Source: Deinococcales bacterium
Lineage (GTDB): Bacteria > Deinococcota > Deinococci > Deinococcales > JAAFIG01
Direction: 5' to 3'
Assembly (NCBI GenBank): GCA_043778225.1
Contig: JAYWGM010000038.1
Location: 1-28,479 of the forward strand
Length of the DNA stretch: 28,479 nt
In this document: positions 8,847-17,040 of the stretch, piece after piece
How the letters are laid out: each line of letters starts with the position of its first letter
Numbering within the stretch: the stretch's first letter is position 1
Translations under genes and position numbers: made by a program
The notes under the pieces: generated by a model
What the model was told of the DNA's origin: nothing
Seen by the model: the letters and a program-made list of their open reading frames with translations, nothing else
Databases searched by the model: none

Positions 8847-10931
8847 TTATTTTGGCAAAGCATTCAAGCGTGGGTCAACAATCACACGGTAACTTGCATC
8901 GGTGGCAATACAGCGCCCAAAAGCATCTCGAGCCGCCGTCACATCCGAACTTGTGCCAAACAATTGGAATTGCTGGAGGTGAATCGAACCCAGCACAAAG
9001 TAAGCTCGAGCGTAGGTTTTATCGAGCGTAATGGCTTTGTTGATTGCTTCAATGGCGAGGTCAAAGCGTCCCCGAGCCAGTTCTGCCACTGCCAAATAGG
9101 TCTGAACGATGGCATTGTTTGGGGCAATTTTAACGAGGTCAATAAAAGCATCTCGAGCATCATCTGGGCTGACGGTTTGTAGCATCGCCAAACCACGGTA
9201 CAAAAGGGCATGGACATCAGTAGAAGCCAATTTAACCGCCCGATTAAAAGCGGTCAGTGCCTCAAGTGGGTTTTCTGAATCGAGTAAACCTTGCCCCAAG
9301 CGAAATTGATACAAGGCTTCGCCAGTCAGTTTTGGCGTTCCTAAACGACGTATATCAGGGACTTCGGTCAATGAAACTTTGGCTCGGACACTGGTGTTGT
9401 TGAGTTTAATTGCCGCATCCAAGGCTTTGGCAGCATCGTCGGCTCGGTATTCACGCAAGGCAGTAATTCCATTGAGGTATGCCACATCGAATTCTGCTTG
9501 TGGCAATCTGGCTAAAATCGTTTTGGCTCGCTCGAGTCGTCCGGTTTGTAGATACATCCGTGCCACCAGTTTTTGATCTAAATTATTGGGATAAGCCACT
9601 TTTAAGGCGACTTCGGCTTCGTCATAACGCCCTAATTTTGAGAGTGTCCCCGCCAAGGCAAGGCTCGAGCGCTGAAATTTGCTGTCGCGGTCAAGCGACT
9701 GACGATAGGCTGCGGCGGCTTGGTCATAACTACCAATTCGTTCGAGCAAAAAACCACGGGCAAATGCCAGAACGGCGCTGCTCGAGTAACGTTTTTCTCC
9801 TGCGGCAACAAGGCTATTGGCAGCCTCGGTATCAAACAAACGAACAGCAAGCGAATAAATGATGTCCGGCACGTCTGGATACGTTTTAGTCACTTCCTGT
9901 AAATAGCTGACCGCACCATCGCGGTCTACCTCGAGCAAAGTATCCAGCACACGGGTGTGCAGTCCAGCATCGTCGGGCATTCGGGCAACCAAGCCAGTTA
10001 AAACCCCAACGGCGCGTTCGGTGTTGCCATACTGCTCGAGAATATCGGCAGCACTAATCGCCGCCTCGAGATAGCGCGGGTTGTATTGCAATGCCAACTG
10101 CATTGCATCCAGAGCGCGTTGCACCACATCTTGGGTAATCGGGGTGATGGCTCGGATGATATAACGCCCATTGAGGTAATGAATTTCTGGTTTGGCGGGG
10201 TTAATTTTTAGGGCAGCTTCGATCGCAATTTTGGCTTCTGGGTTTTTGCGCCCAGAAATTAAGCCAATAATATACGCCGCCTGAACAAACGGGTCGCTCG
10301 AGGCAGCTTTGGCAATAGGTGTGATTAAAGTCAGGGCTTCATCGTTTTTATTAGCAGCCACCAACAATAAAGCTCGAGCCGCCACCGCCCATGGGTTCTG
10401 GGGGGCTTTCTCGAGAACCGCCGCATTGCCTTCTGAACCCGGCGCAGCACTGGCAGTCACGATTTCTGGGGCTGGGATGGTGCGCTCGATGGCTGCCAAT
10501 TGTTGACTGTCTAGGCTGGTAGGTTTTAAGGACAGTGCCGTGATTAAACTGGCATTGGCGTTTTTGACCAGTGCCGCAAAGTCTGCCCCTCGAGCCACTG
10601 CGCTCTGGGTAGCCGTTCCGCGTTTAATGCTGTAGGTGATGGTATACGCACCGGCTGCTCCCTCGAGTTTACCACTGACCAGAATATCCAAGGCAAAGAC
10701 TTTATCTAAGGTTTCCTTGAAGGCTGGGCGGATTCGCACAGCGCTAAATAAATCCAGAGGGGCAGGCAGAATTGTGCCGTCTATGGTTTCAAGACTGCGC
10801 TGGATGGCAGTCGGTACAGCCAAGGACAGTACGGCATCGGAAGTCTCGAGCGGGTACATACCAATGCGTTGTCCATTGGCACTTCCAGCAAAGACAGCCA
10901 CGGACAGGGCGACTAAAATTCGTGATTTCAC
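8847..10931 (-). CDS. Secreted tetratricopeptide repeat protein
   Basis: Signal peptide MKSRILVALSVAVFAGSANG and many TPR units (e.g. ALKINPAKPEIHYLNG, AITLDKTYARAYFVLG). GTG start has TAAGAT 6 nt upstream. Confidence 0.88.
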   Translation of the reverse strand: MKSRILVALSVAVFAGSANGQRIGMYPLETSDAVLSLAVPTAIQRSLETIDGTILPAPLDLFSAVRIRPAFKETLDKVFALDILVSGKLEGAAGAYTITYSIKRGTATQSAVARGADFAALVKNANASLITALSLKPTSLDSQQLAAIERTIPAPEIVTASAAPGSEGNAAVLEKAPQNPWAVAARALLLVAANKNDEALTLITPIAKAASSDPFVQAAYIIGLISGRKNPEAKIAIEAALKINPAKPEIHYLNGRYIIRAITPITQDVVQRALDAMQLALQYNPRYLEAAISAADILEQYGNTERAVGVLTGLVARMPDDAGLHTRVLDTLLEVDRDGAVSYLQEVTKTYPDVPDIIYSLAVRLFDTEAANSLVAAGEKRYSSSAVLAFARGFLLERIGSYDQAAAAYRQSLDRDSKFQRSSLALAGTLSKLGRYDEAEVALKVAYPNNLDQKLVARMYLQTGRLERAKTILARLPQAEFDVAYLNGITALREYRADDAAKALDAAIKLNNTSVRAKVSLTEVPDIRRLGTPKLTGEALYQFRLGQGLLDSENPLEALTAFNRAVKLASTDVHALLYRGLAMLQTVSPDDARDAFIDLVKIAPNNAIVQTYLAVAELARGRFDLAIEAINKAITLDKTYARAYFVLGSIHLQQFQLFGTSSDVTAARDAFGRCIATDASYRVIVDPRLNALPK

Positions 10932-11076
10932 GCTGTTATCTTAAAGTCTGGCTTCTGAGAGAAGTAAGAACTTGGCGAGAAAGGCTTAATTTCTCTTCAG
11001 CTTGTCCTCAATTGCTGCACAGTTTTGAGTCAGCCACCGAGCCTAATTTGAACTCGAGCCATTTTAAGGAGTTCTT

Positions 11077-12159
11077 ATGTTGTCACCCCAGCCGTTTGAC
11101 CAAAATACCCTCACCATGCTCGAGTCTGAGCTTCCTAAAAACGACCTTCTGACGGTTGTTTGCTGCGTTAATCCAGCCAATGCAATCAATCAGGGTGGGG
11201 CTTTACGAATTCGCATCAAGAATTTTTTAGCCACCCTCGATGCCCCCGATAAACTCAAGAATGCCGTCATGGATGATTTAACGCTGGCACAAAAACAGAC
11301 CAAAACTCGGGCGTATTACCTTTGGGATGAACACGGTCATATTCAGTCCAAGACGATTGACGCAGAACTCGAGCTTCCCGAAGTGGCAAGTTTTGGCGCT
11401 CCCGACCTCGAGCCTTTACATTTTGGGCTTGAAGCCAATCCTTTAACCGCAATTGTTTTGGTAGACCGCGAATGGCGGCGTTTATTGACCGTCCGACTTG
11501 GCGAAATCCAAGAGCTACACAGTCCGCTCGAGGCAGATAAAACCAGCGTCCTTGGACGCGACACCGATAAAAATCAGCGCGAAGTACACGATGACCAAGT
11601 TTTTTGGCGTGATTTGATCGAACGGGTGCTTGATTTACAACGCACAGATGGTTTTGAGCAACTTTTGATTGCTGGACCACCCGAAGTCAGGTCTGGTCTG
11701 CTTGAGCAACTGCCCAAATCTTTAAGCACAATGCTGGTCGGCGAATTTGTGGTTCAGGGCGATGCCACACCCGCCCATATTCTCGAGGCAGCCCAAGCCA
11801 CACTACAAGAAGCCAGCCACACGGCTGGCGAAACCGCCCTAGGAAAAGTGCTTGAGCGTGGTGTGCAAGGCTTAGAAAACACCCTGACTGCCCTCCAAGA
11901 AGGACGGGTCTACGAGTTGCTGGTTTCTGGCAATGGCTCGGGTGTACCAGTTTGGCGCGATACCCAAGGCTATGTTTTTGCCACCTATCCAGCCCAAGGA
12001 ATCTCGCCTTTGACTGGCTTAGGGGTCGAAGGAACAGATTTACGTCAGGTTTTGGGCGAATTGCGTCAGCGCTTTGGCTTAAAGGTGCATTTTTTACATG
12101 ACGACCTCGCGCTCCGCCTCGAGACCGAGATTGGTGGTTTGGGCGGATTACTGCATTAA
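11077..12159 (+). CDS. Bacterial archaeo-eukaryotic release factor (baeRF1/VLRF1-like) family protein
   Basis: eRF1-like middle domain (IVLVDREWRRLLTVRLGEI...LLIAGPPEVRSGLLEQLPKSL) and L7Ae-like C-domain (GVQGLENTLTALQEGRVYELLV...GGLGGLL). AAGGAG SD. Confidence 0.8.
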   Translation: MLSPQPFDQNTLTMLESELPKNDLLTVVCCVNPANAINQGGALRIRIKNFLATLDAPDKLKNAVMDDLTLAQKQTKTRAYYLWDEHGHIQSKTIDAELELPEVASFGAPDLEPLHFGLEANPLTAIVLVDREWRRLLTVRLGEIQELHSPLEADKTSVLGRDTDKNQREVHDDQVFWRDLIERVLDLQRTDGFEQLLIAGPPEVRSGLLEQLPKSLSTMLVGEFVVQGDATPAHILEAAQATLQEASHTAGETALGKVLERGVQGLENTLTALQEGRVYELLVSGNGSGVPVWRDTQGYVFATYPAQGISPLTGLGVEGTDLRQVLGELRQRFGLKVHFLHDDLALRLETEIGGLGGLLH

Positions 12160-12168
12160 GGAGAGACG

Positions 12169-12684
12169 ATGAAAAAAATTATTCTGGCAATTGAAATTTT
12201 AGAAGATTGGGTCAAATATATGCCCGATTTAATCGAACACGCCAAAGCCACAGGCAGTGCGGTACATATTCTCGAGTTTGCCGCGCCACTTGGTACGGGG
12301 TTGTTTACCTCAAATGTGGCTGCACCCGTGACCGAAACACTTTTTCCGAACACAGAAATACTCGACCCCGATTTAACGCCCGGCGATACACGCTTGGCGG
12401 CGGCAGAGACCACGGCTTTTGTGGCGGGTATTGCCGAATATTTACGCGCCAATGGTCTCGAGGTCAGTACGGCTTGGCTGCCAGCCTTTGACCAAGCCCA
12501 ACTGGGCGAATATGCCCGCACGCAGAACGCAGACACGGTGGCATTGGTGCAGCGCGGTTGGTGGCAAAAACTACTCGAGGGAGACCCACACGCGATTCTA
12601 CTTCAACAAGGCTTAAAGGTGATTGACTTACAAGCCTCAAGCATTACCCCCGCCGAGCAGATTGCCAAGCTCGAGACCAGTTAA
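12169..12684 (+). CDS. Divergent universal stress protein (USP)-like protein
   Basis: MKKIILAI first strand, HAKATGSAVHIL, GEYARTQNADTVALVQRG. AAGGAG SD; operon context. Confidence 0.6.
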   Translation: MKKIILAIEILEDWVKYMPDLIEHAKATGSAVHILEFAAPLGTGLFTSNVAAPVTETLFPNTEILDPDLTPGDTRLAAAETTAFVAGIAEYLRANGLEVSTAWLPAFDQAQLGEYARTQNADTVALVQRGWWQKLLEGDPHAILLQQGLKVIDLQASSITPAEQIAKLETS

Positions 12685-12697
12685 AGGAGAAAATGCC

Positions 12698-13246
12698 ATG
12701 ACCAGCAGCAAACCAGAACCATTCCACCTCGAGATTCCTGAACCAGCGATCAGCCGTTTCTTGTTTGCCGATACCCGCCTTGCACCGCTCTGGACACTGA
12801 TTCGGCTCTATGTTGGCTATGAATGGCTGAGCGCTGGTTGGGGCAAATTGACCAATCCATCTGGCGTTTGGGTCGGCGACCAAGCTGGAAAGGCAATTAC
12901 GGGTTTCTTAAATGGCGCACTTTCTAAAACTGGTGGCGACCACCCAGATGTCCAAGGCTTTTATGCTTGGTTTATCCAAAACATTGCCCTGCCCAATGCG
13001 GTTTTGTTTAGTTACCTGATTACAATTGGCGAAATTGCGGTTGGTTTAGCTCTGATTTTTGGCTTGTTGACTGGCGTTGCGGCTTTTTTTGGTGGCTTTA
13101 TGAACAGCAATTTTTTACTGGCTGGCACAGTCTCGAGTAATCCTGTTTTGTTTATTTTAGCCACTTTTTTGGTCTTGGCATGGCGCACGGCTGGGTATTG
13201 GGGGCTAGACCGTTGGATATTGCCACGTCTGACCAGACAACCTTAA
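12698..13246 (+). CDS. DoxX/DoxD family membrane protein (TQO small subunit-like)
   Basis: IRLYVGYEWLSAGWGKL, GEIAVGLALIFGLLT, FMNSNFLLAGTVSSNP, AGYWGLDRW. AAGGAG SD before ATG 12698. Confidence 0.9.
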   Translation: MTSSKPEPFHLEIPEPAISRFLFADTRLAPLWTLIRLYVGYEWLSAGWGKLTNPSGVWVGDQAGKAITGFLNGALSKTGGDHPDVQGFYAWFIQNIALPNAVLFSYLITIGEIAVGLALIFGLLTGVAAFFGGFMNSNFLLAGTVSSNPVLFILATFLVLAWRTAGYWGLDRWILPRLTRQP

Positions 13247-13259
13247 AGGAGGACTTTTT

Positions 13260-14192
13260 ATGTTTCAAAAAATACTGATGCCCGTTGATGGCTCGCCTTA
13301 TAGCCACAAAGCCACCCAAGTCGGCTTAGAATTGTGCAAACAAATTGGTGGGAGCGTGGTGTTTACTTATGCTCAAGCTGCTTATGCAAACCAAGACGAC
13401 GGGTTGCGTTTACTTGCCCCGTACCAAAAAATGGCACAAGAAGCTGGTGTAGAGCATCAAATTCGGCTGACCGATGGCGATACTCAAAACGTGAGCACGG
13501 CAATTATTGAGGTCGGTCAAGCCACCGACTGCGATTTGGTGGTCATGGGAACACATGGGCGCGAGCGATTCGCCCGTTTATTGTTGGGCAGTGTTGCTGA
13601 ACGGGTCAGCCGTCAAGCCCAAATTCCAGTCTTATTGATTCACGAAAACACCGTGTTTTCGCAGTTCAAGAACATCTTGGTGGCGGTGGACGGCAGCCCG
13701 GCTAGTTTTCTTGCCCTGACCACTGCCAACGATTTAGCGGCTGCGCTGAGTGCCAAACTTGAGATTATCAACATCATTCCAGATGCAAATTCGATTTTTG
13801 GTTACAACAGTCTCGAGTATTCGCCAGTGGTTGACTTGGGGCGCTACAAGCTCGACCTCGAGAATGGCAGCCGAACAGTCATCAAAGCCGCTTTGGGGCT
13901 GCTCGAGTCAAACCCCAATAAACCAAGTTCGGTGCATAGCTCGAGCCAAGAAGCCCAGACCTTGAGTGTTGGAAACGCCATCCTGGAGGTTGCCAAAGAA
14001 AAACAAGCCGATGTAATTGTGATGGGAACGCATGGTTATGGTGGTCTCGAGCGCCTGCTACTTGGCAGTGTTGCCGAGCAAGTCTCACACCATAGCCATG
14101 CGCCAGTCTTGTTGGTTCGGGAAAAACTGAATCAGGCAAAACTAGGATTGGACTCAGCCGCCTCTTTTGCTGCATTGCTGCCGACTCCATAA
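13260..14192 (+). CDS. Universal stress protein with tandem USP domains
   Basis: Two copies of (K/N)ILxxVDGS...D(L/V)xVMGTHGxxxxxRLLLGSVAExVS. Confidence 0.95.
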   Translation: MFQKILMPVDGSPYSHKATQVGLELCKQIGGSVVFTYAQAAYANQDDGLRLLAPYQKMAQEAGVEHQIRLTDGDTQNVSTAIIEVGQATDCDLVVMGTHGRERFARLLLGSVAERVSRQAQIPVLLIHENTVFSQFKNILVAVDGSPASFLALTTANDLAAALSAKLEIINIIPDANSIFGYNSLEYSPVVDLGRYKLDLENGSRTVIKAALGLLESNPNKPSSVHSSSQEAQTLSVGNAILEVAKEKQADVIVMGTHGYGGLERLLLGSVAEQVSHHSHAPVLLVREKLNQAKLGLDSAASFAALLPTP

Positions 14193-14193
14193 T

Positions 14194-16845
14194 TTATGGA
14201 TTGACGACCACATCTTCAAAGGTCGGTAAGCCCAAGCCTACAAGTTGTGGCAGCACGGTTTTTTTATCGCCGACCAAGACCCAAATTGCATTCTCGAGTT
14301 GAATCGCATTTTTAGCAAGCGCATTGAGGCTGGCGGTCGTGACTTTGCCTAGGGCGCTGCTTTCGGCAATCAGGTGAGCAAAGCTGCGCCCTTCGGCACT
14401 CAGGCTAGAGGCACTGACAACAATATTTTCGGGTGTTGCCACACTTTCAAGCACGTTACTCAGCAAGCTCTGGGTGGCTTTTTGCGTCTCTGCGTCGCTG
14501 ATACCTGATTCGAGCAGCTTAAATTCTTTAAGAATTTCTTTGATTGATTCACCCGTGACGCTGCTTTCGACGGCTGTACGGGTATTGAGGATACCGTAGT
14601 TTTTTTCAAAAATAAAACCAGCACCAATGCCATAGGTGTAGCCTTTGTCTTCGCGCAAATTCGACATCAAACGGCTGGTAAACGTCCCACCTAAAACCGT
14701 GCCAAGCGTGTTGTACTCGAGGTAATTGCTGTTATTATAGCCACTGCTTGGGGTAAAAACCCGAATAAAAGTTTGTGGTGAATCGTCGCGGTCTACAAAC
14801 AACAATCTGGCTTTGCTCAAGCTCGGGGCTGGCATGGGCAGCATGGCTTGGTTTGTACCAGCCGCTTTGTATTTGCCAAGGGTTTTCTCGAGGGCGGCTT
14901 TGACTTCTCGCAGGCTTAAATCTCCCGCCATAAAAACTTTCAGGCTGGCTGGATTGATAACTTGGTTGTAACGGGTTTTAATTTGCTCGAGAGTGAGTTT
15001 TTTGACTTGGCTCGAGGTCACAAAACGCCCCATCGGATGGTTTGCCCCATGAAAGGCATTCATTGCAATTTCTAAAGATAAACTGCGTGGGTCGTCGGGC
15101 AGGGCTTGGCGTTCAAAATTAAAGTTTGCCCGTTCGTTTTCAAATTCGTCTTGGCTTAAAAGCGGCGAGCCAATCGCTTCGGTGATTAAAGCTAAACTTG
15201 GCTCGAGGTTACGCGACAGCGTTTTACCGTTCACAAAAGTTTGTTTGACGCTTGCACCAACTGTAATTTCTGCACCAAGGCTGCTTAATGCTCTGGTAAA
15301 ATTCTTGGTTTGGCTGCCCTTGTCTAAAAACGCTGACATCAGTTGGGTGCTGCCCAGCACAGTCTCAGAAGCTGTACCAGCGCTGCTGACTCCAAAATAG
15401 GTCATTGGGAATTGCCCAGATTGCCAATACGAAACCGCAATACCATTTGCCAGCTTAAATTCGGTGTTACTCGGGAAAGTAAAAGCAGCACTGCTTGCGT
15501 CGGGCGGGCGGGTGTCTCGAGTGGTCGGGTCAGTGCTTTCGACAATCGGCAAAACAGTTTGAATCAGGCGGTCGTTGGCTACCAAGAACTGACGGCTGGC
15601 AGCCACGATTTGGGCTGGGCTAAACTTTTTATACTGCTCGAGGCTTTGCAGCGTGTAGTTTGGATTGCCATAATAATACGAATCGATGTTCATGGCTTGA
15701 CCGCGCTCTACTAGGTTTTGCATTGTTCCAAGCAAGGTTTTTTCGGTGGCAGCGATGGCTGTTTTTAATTCGCCCAGCGCCAGCACCGACTTCTTAAAAT
15801 CGTTGAGTAAGGCATTCATTTTTTGTTCTAAAGTCGCCACGCTGACCGCTTCGCCTGGAAATGCCGTAAAATTCACCTGAGACTCGAGCAGACCGCCTTG
15901 CACATAGGTGTAGGCATCCGAAGCAATCCCTTCATCCAGCAAAACTTCATTGATGCGGCTCTGCAAAATGGTGGTCAATAAGTCAAGTTTGGCGTAATCG
16001 TCCGAGCCAATTTTTGGCACCCGCCAAACCATGCTGACCCGAGGCTGCGAAACACGGTCTACAAAAGTCACGCGCTTTTCGCCCAACGCAACTTTGGCTG
16101 GCACAGATTTACGCAGCGTATCGTTTTTACGCGCCAAGCCCGCAAAGAGTTTTTCGATTTGTGGCTTAATAGCGGCGCTCTTAAAATTCCCAGCCACCAA
16201 TAAAGAAATGTTATTTGGCACATAATAGGTCGCAAAAAAAGCCTTGACATCCGCCACCGTAGCCGCATTGAGGTCGCTTGGCGAACCGATTGTGCCACGA
16301 AAATATGGATGGTCGGATGGGTAAATCAGTTGGTTGACCGCTTCGTCAGCTTCGCCATAAGGGGTATTTTCGGTACTCTGGCGGCGTTCGTTTAAGACCA
16401 CGGCTCGTTGCAAATCGAGTTTTTTCTGGTCAATGTTTTCGCCCAATGCCTCGAGTCGGTCTGCCTCGAGCCAGAGCAGGGTTGGCAGGGCTTTGGCGGG
16501 GGCGCTCGAGTAGTATAAAGTCATGTCTGGGGCGGTAAAAGCATTGTTCGAGCCACCATAAGACTCGATAATTTGGTCGTACTGCCCAACCCCAACCCGT
16601 TTTGTTCCCATAAACATCAGATGCTCAAATAAATGGGCAAACCCACTGCGCCGCTCGAGTTCGTCTTTAGAACCGACCTTGACCAGAAAATTAACCGTCA
16701 CATTTGGGGTTCGGGTGTCTTCGTGCAGAATCACAGTTAGCCCATTTTGTAAGGTGTAGCGCTCGGTTTTTAATTCCAGCGCGGCGGCTTGAGGCACGAG
16801 TAAAGCTACACCGAGCAGCAAGCCAATTAAAAGTTTGTTTTTCAT
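14194..16845 (-). CDS. M16 family zinc metallopeptidase (pitrilysin/PqqL-like), secreted
   Basis: HLFEHLMF inverted zinc motif, VVLNERR, C-half SRLMSNLREDKGYTYG; signal peptide. Confidence 0.93.
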   Translation of the reverse strand: MKNKLLIGLLLGVALLVPQAAALELKTERYTLQNGLTVILHEDTRTPNVTVNFLVKVGSKDELERRSGFAHLFEHLMFMGTKRVGVGQYDQIIESYGGSNNAFTAPDMTLYYSSAPAKALPTLLWLEADRLEALGENIDQKKLDLQRAVVLNERRQSTENTPYGEADEAVNQLIYPSDHPYFRGTIGSPSDLNAATVADVKAFFATYYVPNNISLLVAGNFKSAAIKPQIEKLFAGLARKNDTLRKSVPAKVALGEKRVTFVDRVSQPRVSMVWRVPKIGSDDYAKLDLLTTILQSRINEVLLDEGIASDAYTYVQGGLLESQVNFTAFPGEAVSVATLEQKMNALLNDFKKSVLALGELKTAIAATEKTLLGTMQNLVERGQAMNIDSYYYGNPNYTLQSLEQYKKFSPAQIVAASRQFLVANDRLIQTVLPIVESTDPTTRDTRPPDASSAAFTFPSNTEFKLANGIAVSYWQSGQFPMTYFGVSSAGTASETVLGSTQLMSAFLDKGSQTKNFTRALSSLGAEITVGASVKQTFVNGKTLSRNLEPSLALITEAIGSPLLSQDEFENERANFNFERQALPDDPRSLSLEIAMNAFHGANHPMGRFVTSSQVKKLTLEQIKTRYNQVINPASLKVFMAGDLSLREVKAALEKTLGKYKAAGTNQAMLPMPAPSLSKARLLFVDRDDSPQTFIRVFTPSSGYNNSNYLEYNTLGTVLGGTFTSRLMSNLREDKGYTYGIGAGFIFEKNYGILNTRTAVESSVTGESIKEILKEFKLLESGISDAETQKATQSLLSNVLESVATPENIVVSASSLSAEGRSFAHLIAESSALGKVTTASLNALAKNAIQLENAIWVLVGDKKTVLPQLVGLGLPTFEDVVVNP

Positions 16846-17040
16846 ATGGGCATCTTAATACTTTATGACTGTAAAAATACAGCGCAGAACCCGCCCGATA
16901 AACCCAAAGAAGGCGGCGAGCTTGTCGGCGTGGGCGCACCAAAACGCCCCAGTCCTCGCCAAGGTGGCGCAGCAGCCAACCCACCAGAACCAGAGCGCCG
17001 CCAACAGCCAGAAAAAGCCGAGCCTCGAGTCAAACCTTAA
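16846..17040 (+). CDS. Possible small Pro/Gly-rich hypothetical protein (64 aa)
   Basis: The ORF fills the gap exactly: its ATG is back-to-back with the M16 start (CATATG) and its stop overlaps the convergent serine hydrolase stop (TTAA). No SD or -10 element recognised. Confidence 0.35.
   Translation: MGILILYDCKNTAQNPPDKPKEGGELVGVGAPKRPSPRQGGAAANPPEPERRQQPEKAEPRVKP

Noticed and set aside
10932..11076. Regulator binding site upstream of the stress operon
   Set aside because: No convincing palindrome or direct repeat found by eye.
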